Shown here: one piece after another, positions 1 through 10,183 of the stretch
How the letters are laid out: each line of letters begins with the position of its first letter
Numbering within the stretch: the stretch's first letter is position 1
Assembly (NCBI GenBank): GCA_003971905.1
Contig: RSEE01000034.1
Location: 620,001-650,147 of the forward strand
DNA from: Moniliella sp. 'wahieum'
Taxonomy: Eukaryota
Length of the DNA: 30,147 bases
Reading direction: 5' to 3'
Notes under the pieces: model-generated
Databases searched by the model: none
Told to the model about the DNA's origin: nothing
Seen by the model: the letters and a program-made list of their open reading frames with translations, nothing else
Program-made: the position numbers and the translations under genes

Positions 1-232
1 CGGTGCTGCTGGCGCTGTGACGGCGCTGGCGGTGGTCGGTGGGGTCGGTGGGATGGGGCGTGAAGCGCTGGGAAATCGCGTCCCTCCACCGGCGCAGCTT
101 GGCGTCGAGGTCGGTGTTGAGCGCGGCATCGCTCCAGGCGGTGGAGCTGGGGGTGGAGTCGGCGATGGAGGGGGGCGCGAGGAGCGGCGTGCGCTCCTGC
201 GGATCGTCGCCGGGCCGTGGCTTGGGGAGCAT
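1..232 (-). CDS. 5' part of a hypothetical protein running off the left edge of the window
   Basis: Minus-strand ATG at 232 opens a frame with no stop to position 1: MLPKPRPGDDPQERTPLLAPPSIADSTPSSTAWSDAALNTDLDAKLRRWRDAISQRF... Third positions are strongly C/G-biased. ERTPLL fits the acidic dileucine motif [DE]xxxLL common at the N-termini of fungal vacuolar membrane proteins. It is absent from the ORF track because it has no stop in the window. Confidence 0.6.
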   Translation of the reverse strand, partial: MLPKPRPGDDPQERTPLLAPPSIADSTPSSTAWSDAALNTDLDAKLRRWRDAISQRFTPHPTDPTDHRQRRHSASST

Positions 233-461
233 GGGCGCGGGAGGAGGTGCGGTGGGGGGGAGCGGGAGGACTGGGCGCCCGAGCAGCTGCTACTCTGGGC
301 CATGCTGGGGGGCGCACGTGGGCGGCTGTGCGCGGCTGGGACTGGGTTCGGCGGCAAGGAAGGGAAATGTTCAAATGGGGTGCTTGCCCAGCTTTCACAC
401 CTGGGCGGCCGCAGCGGGCACGGCGCTAGTGTGTGCCATGCAGCGCCGCGTGCAAGGTAGG

Positions 462-497
462 CCGACAATCGATTGTCGGTTGTCGATTGTCGATTTA
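462..497. repeat. 18-bp perfect palindrome running into a 7-bp-period GATTGTC array
   Basis: CCGACAATCGATTGTCGG (462-479) is its own reverse complement. It continues as GATTGTC GGTTGTC GATTGTC GATTTA. Confidence 0.85.
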
Positions 498-862
498 CCG
501 ATTAGATCCCTCGGCCATCCGTAGCCTCGGCGTGCTCCGCAGGCCACCCGCAGCAGCCCACGGGCCGTCCTCTCGACACGTTCCAGCGCTTCCGCTCTGC
601 CCAACGCCATGAATGGCATCCATCCAGCACCACTGCCAGGCGGAAGAGCGCGCGCCTGGCTCCCCGTCTTTTCCCAGCGGGAACCATCCGACGAGCGCTT
701 GCTGTGCTGCTGAACACAGTTGGATCTCATTGCCTACTGAAAATCCTCCTGAGCAGTCTCTCGCTATTCCCTCTCTCGCTTGTCTACATATACACCCCTC
801 TCTACGCAGACGCATATCATAACGAGATGCACACCAGAGCCGTTCGACGTATCGGCCGCGCC

Positions 863-2392
863 TCAACTTCCATCCTTGCTCCCAGCCCGCTCGGCCCGAA
901 TCGAGCGTACCACTTGGCTGTCTGTATCGCACAGAGGCCCACCGCACCTACACTCGGCCTCCGGCTTGACCGCGCGGAACGTCAACGACCACCGATCCTG
1001 CCGCGCCCGCAGCCCCTCGGCCTCGGGTGCTGGGTCCGACCGACGCGGACGGATGGCATGTTCCCACTCGTACCGCGCCTCCCCCGTGATCAGCAACAAG
1101 GAGCGTGGCAATAGGTCGATGCTGGTCCCTCCCCCGACAGGTCGTGGATTGCCCTGGCCCTTGGGCCAGCTCTTGCCCAGCTCCGAGTGCGGATGTCGAA
1201 AGTCCATCACGACCGCCGCTCCCAGAGAGAGAATGCCAATTGCATTCCCAAACGCCGTGTGCGAGTCGGCGTGGAACCCAATCCCAGCACCGGGCGGGTA
1301 ATGCTGCACGGTCATTTGGTCTGGAGGCGGATCATTCCAGAGCGGCAGGGCTTTGATCCGGGCTTCCACCGCCGTCGTCCATGAGGGCAGCGTGTCCTGG
1401 ACGAGGAGCGACTCGGCCCGGCTGACATGTTTGATGTGGTAATCGAAAGCGTATCCATAGTGCCGCACCCGCCTCCCTTGCACATAGAGCGGGCTACTTC
1501 CCTCGGCCTCAATCGCAGCCAGGATGGCTTGCTCCTCGTCTTGGGAGATAAAGTCAGGGTAGAAGCCGATACCGGACGGAAGCTCTTCCATGTCGCCCGC
1601 TTCCTCTGGCACCCCTGCCAAGCGAGCATAGGTGTGGTGCGTGACGTATTCCAAAAACAAAGCCTTGCCGACCCGCAGTTGGGGACAGAGCCGTTCATGC
1701 AGCGCCTCGCGTGCCACTTGGGCTTCGGCACCGGAGCGAAACAGTGCAAAAGAGTAAGGTTGACCATGCACGAGGTACACCCGCTCAAACCCCGAGTAGG
1801 GGGCAAACACAGCCTCGAGCGCGTCGGATGTGATGGCTGCCAGCCCGCCCGAGGATGCATTGACTACCAACAACGTTCGACTCGGGCCAGCAGCCCAGAG
1901 CGAAGCGAGAGGGGTAGATGGGGAACCAAGCACACGCTCCAGCGCTGCATATGCATCCGCACGCTGCTTGGCCACCTTGGCAGCAATCCGTTTCTGAGCC
2001 TTGGGTAACCGAACTGCGCCTTCCACCGGCACCACCTCCTTCTTGTGCGAACGACAGCACCCGCCTTGGCGTTTGCGCAGGGCAAGTTGCTCGGCGCCGC
2101 CAGCGCCCAAGTCTTCCAGGTCCCGCAGACTCCCACAAGCCCCGGACGCCGCACCATCGGTCTTGCACGCACAGTCTGTGCACCCGCCCTCTGCTGCGGA
2201 CGGGGAGGCAGGCGTAGCTATGGCTGCCATGGCGAGGGAGGAGGCAGGCGTGGTAGCGAGCGTGGCGGGCACGATGGGTGGTGCGCCAGCAAAAGAGACT
2301 CCGCTCGCCCTCACCACGTCGGCTGTCCCGCCGGCTAGCCAGGTTAGGCCACTGAGTGCCTGCCTGTGTTTGAGATGCGACGAATGACGCAT
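863..2392 (-). CDS. ALKBH8: ALKBH8-like tRNA wobble-uridine dioxygenase (RRM + 2OG-Fe(II) AlkB domain + C-terminal Cys3 Zn motif), no methyltransferase domain
   Basis: Uninterrupted ORF. RRM-like segment LLVVN..LEAVFAPYSGFERVYLVHGQPYSFALF. AlkB motifs RRVRHYGYAFDY, PDQMTVQHYPPGAGIGFHADSH (HxD), LLPRSLLLITGEARYEWEHAI (distal His) and RWSLTFR. These are followed by CRCGGPLCD, like the ALKBH8 Zn site. The start is uncertain (ATG 2392 or 2230). Confidence 0.85.
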   Translation of the reverse strand: MRHSSHLKHRQALSGLTWLAGGTADVVRASGVSFAGAPPIVPATLATTPASSLAMAAIATPASPSAAEGGCTDCACKTDGAASGACGSLRDLEDLGAGGAEQLALRKRQGGCCRSHKKEVVPVEGAVRLPKAQKRIAAKVAKQRADAYAALERVLGSPSTPLASLWAAGPSRTLLVVNASSGGLAAITSDALEAVFAPYSGFERVYLVHGQPYSFALFRSGAEAQVAREALHERLCPQLRVGKALFLEYVTHHTYARLAGVPEEAGDMEELPSGIGFYPDFISQDEEQAILAAIEAEGSSPLYVQGRRVRHYGYAFDYHIKHVSRAESLLVQDTLPSWTTAVEARIKALPLWNDPPPDQMTVQHYPPGAGIGFHADSHTAFGNAIGILSLGAAVVMDFRHPHSELGKSWPKGQGNPRPVGGGTSIDLLPRSLLLITGEARYEWEHAIRPRRSDPAPEAEGLRARQDRWSLTFRAVKPEAECRCGGPLCDTDSQVVRSIRAERAGSKDGS

Positions 2393-2715
2393 GACGCTCA
2401 CCGGTCATCGACAATGAGATCATCCGAGATCTGATCGGTCATCGATCATCGATCTCATCAACGCAACCTTCAATTATTTTCAACGCTCCCGGCAACCGCT
2501 CCCAATGGCTACTTGCATCCTACGAGTTGCGAGGTTTTCTTTATTTGACCAGGTTGCCCATCCGCACTCTCACCCCCCCCAATCTCGTTCGACTTGGGCC
2601 TGCTAGTGCTGAACGGGATGCTCAACTTGGACTCCGTACTCAAGCATCCGCGGCTGGCGTCACGCGCTGTGCATTTCACCCACCCCCGCCTGGGTGCTGC
2701 TACATAATACAGCTG

Positions 2716-4249
2716 CTACGGCTGGTACACCGAGTAGTTCAGGTCGCGCCGCGCCTGCCGCGCCGCCGTCCAGCGGAAGCAGCTCGGCAGCCCCGACAGC
2801 TTCTCCCACTCCGCCCCCGACGCCTCCAACTCCGCGCCCGCCCCGCCTGCCTCGCACGCACGCATCAGCCTCGCCACCCCGCGGGCACACGTCGCCGTGC
2901 GCGCCATCCCGTGCCCGTGGAAGCCCACACACGCAAACAGCCCCGCCTCCAACTGTCCAATGTAGGGCAGCGTGTCGCGCGACATGCCAATCACCCCCGT
3001 CCACAGCCGCTCCAGGCCATCGTCCGAGCTGCCCCAGTTAGCAAACTGCCGGTCGGGGTACGCCGCAAAGTAGTCCCGCATCTGCTGCGCCATCGCCTTG
3101 TCCGTCCCATACACCTCCTTGCCCACGGCACCATTGCTGTCGTCGATCGAACTTGTCGCCAACTCTTCTGCCGTCATCGACTCTTGCCCCCGCCCAGGAC
3201 CCAGACCTGGTCCGTCCCCACCTGTCGCGGCACGAGGTACTCAAATGCATGGTCGTCCGTAAAGAGGCACATGGTGTACTGCAACGTGCCCGTTTCCACC
3301 ACAGGGGAACGCAACTGCACACCTTCAACTTGATCTTTTGCTTCTGCCGCTACGGCAGGGCCCGAAAAGTTGTGCGAAGGGGCCAGCGCTGAGCACCACT
3401 CCTTGATTGGGAAAATGTGCTGCTGAAGCTCGGGACGGAGGAAAGCAGTGTAGGCGTTGGTGGCCAACAGGACTTGTTTCGCGTAGATTGTCTCCACCCC
3501 TGAGGCGCGCGTGGTACTCACCTCCCATAGGTCCCCAGACTTGCGCACGCTCGTGACGGGCGCGTGCGTGTAGAGATCCAGCCCGCGTTGGATGCAGATC
3601 CGCAGCAGAGACGTGACCAGTTTGTGCGGATAGAGACTGGCTGCTGGCCATTTTGCCAAGGCCAGCGCCGTCTTGGTCCGCGACACCTTTTGGGCCAGGA
3701 CCGGGTCGTCGATCAGATGCACTTGCGTCTCGTCCAACGCACCATATGCCTTGTACGCATCCCAACTTTCCTTGGCTCCCTTGCGCATGGCCTCGGTGAG
3801 GAAAACAGCCAGTGTCTCCCCAACCCAGAGGTCGCAATCAATCTTCTCCTCCTTCACCACCTCCTGCACATAGGCCAACGTCTCCACCTCGTTCTGCAGT
3901 ACTTTGTGTGCCTGCTCCTCGCCCACAATGGATGCATACCCTTTGAACCCGGCAAACCGGTCCGGACGTAAGTGCCCGCCGTTCCGCCCCGTCGCACCCG
4001 AACACACTTCCCGCGCTTCCAGCAGCACCACCTTGCCCGCACCCTTGCTGTCCTGTAGCAGGTTGTACGCCGCAAACGCACCCGTAATCCCGCTGCCGAC
4101 GATCACCGTGTCCACTGGCGCTGAGGGCAGCGAGGCGGTCGCGTTCCACCCCGTGAGCGGATTGGGAGTGTGTGTGCAAGCCAGTAGGAAATGGAGTACT
4201 CCTCTCGCGGAAGACCGGTGGTGGCTTTGAGATCCAGGTCGGGTGCCAT
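2716..4249 (-). CDS. FAD-dependent oxidoreductase (DAO-like family), two apparent frameshifts
   Basis: ATG 4249 gives MAPDLDLKATTGLPREEYSISYWL. The frame shifts in the (CA)n run at about 4168-4176 into TPNPLTGWNATASLPSAPVDTVIVGSGITG (Rossmann GxG), then VVLLEAREVCSGATGRNGGH and LATNAY. A second shift near 3178 leads to WTGVIGMSRDTLPYIG and GFHGHGMAR, with the stop at 2716. No intron signals at either break. Confidence 0.88.
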
Positions 4250-4987
4250 TGTAGGTTCTTATCGTATGGTGGTGGGGTGGTATCAGACGGAGGAGACGTT
4301 GGATGGAGAGATAAAGAAATGGAACAGGTCCGATTTCCTATTTTAATCCGTGTGTCAGTACTCAGTGTTCCGGGGCCGTGCTGAGCATGGCGGGGCACGG
4401 TGCACCTCAATCCAGGCAGAAAGTCCTATAGTTACCGGTTGCCACTCAGTTACCTAAGGTCTAACCTAACTGGCTGGCACCGATTCTCGCGCTCGCTATC
4501 TCCTTTCGCTCTCGACGGTCCATTGGCGCCCGCCGCAGCCGCCGCGCGGTTGGCCACGGCACGCGTGGACATGGGTACAGGCTCACACCCGCCGGAGCCC
4601 CAACAGGGCACTGGGGGCAGTGCTTATTTGGCCGCCTGCCGGTCGTGTGCCGGTCGTGCTATGTGGATGCGGGGTTACGCGTTACGGGTAGCGCTTAGCG
4701 CGGCTGACACGACCCCAGTCTCAGGAGGGCCAATACAAGAAGCCCAAGACAGCTATAGCTCGCTCGGCAAACGGAGGCCTCAAGACGAGATGGGCATGCG
4801 GTGGTATTACAAGGAACCAAACAAACACGACAACGCCCTGCGCGCTTTTGGACTCAGGCATCAGGCTGCGTCCCATCTAGCCAGACAAGGCACGCGAGGA
4901 AAGTACAGTGTGGGTTTCCAGTCGTATGTCATACCTTTTGATGCAGCCATCCCAGCAGGGGAGGGAAAGCGACCCACATAGCATGGT

Positions 4988-5597
4988 TTACACCATCTCT
5001 GCTCACCGCCGGCCTTCTCAATGGCAGCAATGATCTTCTCCGCATCCTCCTTTGGCACATTGTCCTTAAGGATTTGAGGCGCGCTCTCAACAAACTTCTT
5101 GGCCTCCACCAGGGACATGGTCGAGTTGAGTGCTTTGACCTCCTTGATCACCTTGGCCTTGGCACCACCTTCCTTGAGTCCCTTGAGCTTGATGGCGAAT
5201 ATTGTTCTCCTTGGGCTTCTCTGCCTCCTCCGCCTCTTCAGCCGGCGCAGCAGCAGCACCAGCACCGGGCGCGGCCCGCCGCTACGGGCATCGCCATGTC
5301 GGTGATGTTCAGCCGTTCCTACTTGGAGGTCAGTATGCAAAACGCAAAACAAACACACAAACAGGGCGGGGGGGGAAGGGCGTACCTTGAGAGCGTGACG
5401 AGCGACGACGCTTCAAGCAACGTCAACTTCTCCACTTGGTCCACGATGGCAACCAGCTTGGGGTCAGCGGGGGGCTTGGGAGCATTGCGGCGCACCGCCG
5501 ACCCACTCAGGGCGCGCATCGCTGGCCTCCCGAGGGGAAGGGCGGAGGGGGCACGCGCAAGCGCACGCACACCAGCACGGGGCACGAGGGTGAGCAT
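4988..5597 (-). CDS. MRPL12: Mitochondrial ribosomal protein bL12m (L7/L12), one intron, about 4 apparent frameshifts
   Basis: Arg/Ala-rich presequence MLTLVPRAGVRALARA..., then DPKLVAIVDQVEKLTLLEASSLV. Intron 5385-5319 (GTACGC..CTGAC..TAG). Then ERLNITDMAMP, an Ala/Glu hinge, and KAKVIKEVKALNSTMSLVEAKKFVESAPQILKDNVPKEDAEKI. The probable end is GGEAEMV* at TAA 4990-4988. Confidence 0.9.
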
Positions 5598-5753
5598 TGT
5601 CTGGTCGGGAACAGAGCAGCAGCCGGGCAGCCGAGCGGAGGGACGAGGGCCGATGGAAGGAAGGTCTTCCTGTGCTGACATAAGCACACTCTGCCCAGCG
5701 ATGGCCCCATTGAAATCTTAGTTTAGCTTGTGAAACGATGCGTGCCAGCGCAA

Positions 5754-5813
5754 GGCGCGTCGGCCAAGACGCGCTCCGACGCGAAGGGCCAACACGTTAC
5801 GTAAGATACGCGT
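5754..5813. promoter_or_regulatory. MCB-like (ACGCG/ACGCGT) cluster in the MRPL12-RAD51 divergent promoter
   Basis: Perfect ACGCGT at 5808-5813, GACGCG at 5768-5773 and 5778-5783, and GCGCGTC at 5755-5761. All lie within about 140 bp upstream of the RAD51 ATG. Confidence 0.55.
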
Positions 5814-5895
5814 TTAAGTGCCGGCGCCTGGCTTGGGCCTGTTCCGTGGCGCCACCAGCACCTCCTCCACCGCCACCACCACCGCCCCCACGAGC

Positions 5896-7092
5896 ATGTC
5901 CGACACCGAAGCGCACACGCCGAGCAGATGGAGGCCGATCCCCAAGAGGAAGAAGAGGAGATGGATGGGGTGGGCCCACACTCGTATACCAACTGCAAGA
6001 ATGTGGCATCCCAGAGGGCGACTGTAAACGCCTTGCTGAGGCCGGGTACCACACTGTTGAGGCTGTTGCCTTTACCCCCAAGAAGAACCTTTTGCTCGTC
6101 AAGGGCATCTCGGAGGCCAAAGCTGATAAGATCCTCAAAGAGGGTACGTAGTGCCCACTCCTTTGTTACTCCTTGCACCCCACTGATGCCTGTTGCAGCA
6201 CTGCAGCTTGTCCCCATGGGGTTCACCACCGCCACCGAGTTCCACCTCCGTCGCACTGACTTGGTTTACATCACTACCGGATCCAAGAACCTCGATGGAA
6301 TCCTTGGAGGAGGCATGGAAACTGGGAGTATAACTGAACTCTTTGGTGAGTACAGGACAGGCAAAAGCCAGCTCTGTCACACCCTCGCGGTCACTTGCCA
6401 GGTTCGTATCTTCTCTTTGTTGTTCGGAGATCCTCCCAGCGACTAACCAGAATTTAGTTGCCAATTGACATGGGCGGTGGCGGGAAAGTGCCTCTTATTG
6501 ATACGGAAGGCACATTTGTACGTTCCCTCATTTCGGTCTCATCCCCGGCGCATTCACTGACTTCCGCTCTACCCAGCGCCAGTACGTGTACTAGCGGTCG
6601 CTGAGCGCTATGGCCTGAATGGAGACGAGGTGTTGGATAACATCGCATACGCTCGTGCGCAGAATGCAGACCACCAACAGCATCTTCTCCTCATGGCGGC
6701 CATGATGGCCCAATCTCGATTTTCCCTGATCATTGTCGACTCACTCACCAACCTGTATCGCACCGACTTTAGTGGCCGCGGCGAGCTCAGTGCGCGTCAA
6801 ACCCACCTTGCCAAGTTCCTCCGCACCCTCCAGCGGCTTGCCGACGAGTTTGGAGTGGCGGTCGTGATTACCAATCAAGTTGTGGCCCAGGTCGATGGCG
6901 CAGTTTTTGGGGGCGACTCCAAGAAGCCCATTGGGGGAAACATTGTCGCCCATGCGTCTACTACCGCTTGGCCCTGCGCAAGGGACGCGGTATCCAACGT
7001 ATCTGCCGCATTGCCGACTCGCCATTTGCCGGAGGGCTGATGCAATCTATGCCATCGGTCCTGAGGGCATTTGCGACCCTGTGCCCGAATAA
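5896..7092 (+). CDS. RAD51: DNA recombinase RAD51, three introns, several apparent frameshifts
   Basis: Motifs: [47 protein letters not shown]; Walker [10 protein letters not shown]; Walker [55 protein letters not shown] (RAD51 rather than DMC1 wording); [15 protein letters not shown]. Introns at 6144-6198, 6402-6457 and 6518-6576. Stop TAA 7090-7092. Confidence 0.96.
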
Positions 7093-8957
7093 GCGCCTAT
7101 TGCCTCCTGTGCCCCCCCTCTTCTGTCTTTCTCGTGTCGCGTGACATGCCATCCTGGATACTCTACTGCGTACACATCAATCCGTTTCGCTTCCTCTCAC
7201 CCGTAGTCCAAGGTATCATTGCATGACCGCTCATCGAGCTCATCCGCTAGACCCACCGCTCTAGCTGATGGCTTGCTCTGTAACAAGGCCGGTTCAACAT
7301 CCGATGGGGCATTGGCCGACCAATGATCAGTTACGGAGTTCCGCTTCTGTGCATGTGGATGAAGCACCTCGATTTGAACATGTGCTGGTAGGTGGCAGGC
7401 AGTTTGTCCCTCAGAGAGTCACTGTGTGTCGCATGCGGAATTCATTGAACTCAAAACAAACACACTCCTCCTTGATTAGCTACCAACTAAGGGCAGTGCG
7501 GATCGGGAGACCAACACCAACCTCATTACATTGCCCACCTCAATCGCAGTCGACGCTTGCCCCTCCCCCCTCCCATTCTTCGGCCAATTCTCATAGAGAC
7601 CAAATGAAGATACTGTTCAGAAAAAGGCCTGCATTTTCTCTTCGCTGGTGCTGGCTCCATATGTCGAGCTCCGCGTCATTAGGGGGCCTATGCAAACCAT
7701 TGCATGAGTAGATATACTATGTGCCCATGAACGTGGTCTCCTTTGAGCAGGGAGCTTGTAGGTTGCCTAATCGAGGTTCCACAGCTTATGGTGCGTATGA
7801 GGAAGCAGAAATTTTGGGTTCTGTACCGATCGAACTGATCCGTAGTAAAAGAGCAAAAGTTGGGCCAAACGGCCTAAGCGCCTTCAGTCTGCTTACTCTC
7901 TCGGCTTACTACACATCTTCATTTGTCACTTTCTCCACCTACCGGGGAACTCAGCATACGAACTCATCTAGACCCGGCCCGCCGAAGTGCGCCCCGCTAT
8001 GACTTGTTTCTTAAATTGACCTTCTCTTCGGTGACCAATGGAGAAGACTCAAAGGATTGAGTGCGCTCCTCTTCACAAAACCCGATGAAGTGTATGGATG
8101 GGTGTGTGTTGATTCTGATTCTGATCCGAACTCGCGCATATCTGAGGGATCGTGCGAACTCCATTGTCAACCATCTAACTGACCATTGGCTTCAGAGTGT
8201 ATTTTCGGGCGGGGTGTTCCCCTTTTGCCCCCCCCTCCCTAAGGCCGTGGGTAAGTGGTGGACCTTCAACCTGAGAGGGACGTGAAAAAAAGCACGGACA
8301 GATAATTCGGCAAGGGGCACCATTCTCCTTAAGTTTGTGAGCCTGAAAATGCGCAAGAATTGGCTCATCCTGATCAAAAATATACCGATCTTGCTACACG
8401 GGAGTCGCGGCTGGTACAACTCGCCCCAAAAAGAGGACTAGCCCAGGCGATGAGTACATTGGCACGTGGACTACGTCGGGCGTTGGGTCTCTCGTGGGTG
8501 GGGGACTGGACCGAGAATTAGGTGGTTCTCTCTCCTCAATACAGAGAGGGGCCAGGAGTGCTCTTGGAGGCCTTGAATTTTCAAGTCGCAAGGCTCAGCC
8601 CCTCCAGGGCAACGGCTAATCACAGTGGCGATGAACGATGAGCTTGTGCAAGAGATGGGAATGATTTAGGATGGCTTATTTTGTCCCACAAGTATGGCCG
8701 TTGTTGATGCCTTGCAGACCCTCTGTTGTGTTGACGTTGATGCATGATGGGCCAATGACAACTGGCTCAATGACTACACGCTTAGGGCACAAACATGTCA
8801 TGCATGTCAGCGCCATCATGCATGCAGCTGATCACACATCACGCATCGCGCTGTTCTATTCGACTCTCCCTATGTCTGCCCCTATAACGGGCTCCTCTTT
8901 GGAATAGATCCATCACCTCCTCCTCTTCCTCTCCGTGCTTTTGTCCTCGCTTTACAA

Positions 8958-8984
8958 TGCATGATGCAGATGCATGATGCATGA
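8958..8984. repeat. (TGCATGA)n heptamer array
   Basis: TGCATGA TGCAGA TGCATGA TGCATGA read directly. Confidence 0.8.
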
Positions 8985-9933
8985 CCGCGAGTCTTTCAAT
9001 GTTCAGTCCAACGGTCATTGATCACTACTAGCAGAGTCACGGCAATGGGACATGGAAAGAGCGAACCGCGCGTTCCGGCCCGAGGCGGAATCTCGGGGAG
9101 CAGGAACCTCCACGGAGGATTATGTTGCTCTCACGACGCCAAACCCCAAAGCGCCTCAACGTGACTGTCGCTTGTTTCTTCCATCATCGCCACCGTGTCT
9201 TTTACTCCTGGTCCGGTCAGCAGACTGCGCTCCTCGAAAGGAGGGTACCCGCATCGTTCGCCATTCGCCATTTGTTCGTGCTTGGCTCGTTTTGGTATGT
9301 ACTTACGTCCCACACATCTTGGTTGTTTTCCTTCTAGGATGAGAAACCTTGATACACACTGAAGAGTCCGAGACCTTCTTCGAGGGTCTGTGCGGACGCA
9401 TCATTAGCGCTATCTGATCTCTGTATCTCGACTTCTCAAATGAAGGCTTCTGTGCTGACTTTCTCTTTGTTTATAGGTCATCTCGAACCCGTTCGTGTGG
9501 TTCTCGGTGGTTGCCACCAAGCGTCTCGTAAGTCTTCTCCCTCCATGTTACTGAATACCTTATCACCGTCTTCCATTCTCGCTTGAAGCTTGAAGCTTGA
9601 TTCGAGTCTAGACTGTAGTCGCCAATGTCTTTACTCCGGAGGCGAGGGAAAAGACAAGATAGAATCGGGTATTGGTGGTGGGGATGCTTGTTAGACACAC
9701 ACCCTGGCTCCCGAGGACCTTCAGGCCTTTCACTGGCCTATCCGGCTAACATGTGGCCCTAGGAGGGGTCAGGCCTCAGGTTATCAGGGTCACCTTGCTA
9801 CCACAGTGACTAGTGACTATAGTTGACTTGTCGCCGAGATCGAGCCTTCGTGTGACATGTGACTGTCCCGTCCCATCACTGTGGCATGCAAGTGACCAGT
9901 GACGAACTGATGATCAAGGTTACAACGTTCAAC

Positions 9934-10042
9934 TTGAAGCTTGAAGCTTGAAGCTTGAACGTTGAACGTTGAACGTCGTTGGTCAGCCTGAACGTTCAGG
10001 TTGAACTTCAACCGCGCTCAGCGTTCCACGTTCCACGTTCAT
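9934..10042. repeat. Heptamer array (TTGAAGC)3(TTGAACG)3 with adjacent palindromes and (CGTTCCA)2
   Basis: Six tandem 7-mers at 9934-9975. A 14-bp palindrome CCTGAACGTTCAGG at 9987-10000 and a hairpin GGTTGAA-C-TTCAACC at 9999-10013. CGTTCCA CGTTCCA CGTTCAT at 10022-10042. A second (GCTTGAA)n copy sits at 9581-9601. Confidence 0.9.
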
Positions 10043-10183
10043 CATCCGCCAGTTTGGTCTTGTCCGGCGTAACCAAAACCATCGCGACGGCAAGGCAACA
10101 AGGCACGCGACGAGTCTACACCGGGCCACGTGCTTAGGTTGGATACACCGACTTTCCTCTCTCTGAATTCTGCGTCCTCCACC

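Noticed and set aside
5896..7092. DMC1, or a true RAD51 pseudogene
   Set aside because: Diagnostic segments ([20 protein letters not shown]) are RAD51-type. The lesions are indels shared in style with all neighbouring genes, favouring sequence error.
7200..8900. Short ORFs in the lower-GC gap after RAD51 (possible TE relic)
   Set aside because: No RT, integrase, transposase or other recognisable motif in frames read on either strand, and no terminal repeats seen.
9934..10042. Possible CRISPR-like or heat-shock-element array
   Set aside because: Units are 7 bp with no spacers and the context is eukaryotic. The GAA triplets are direct with 7-bp spacing, not alternating 5-bp nGAAn units.
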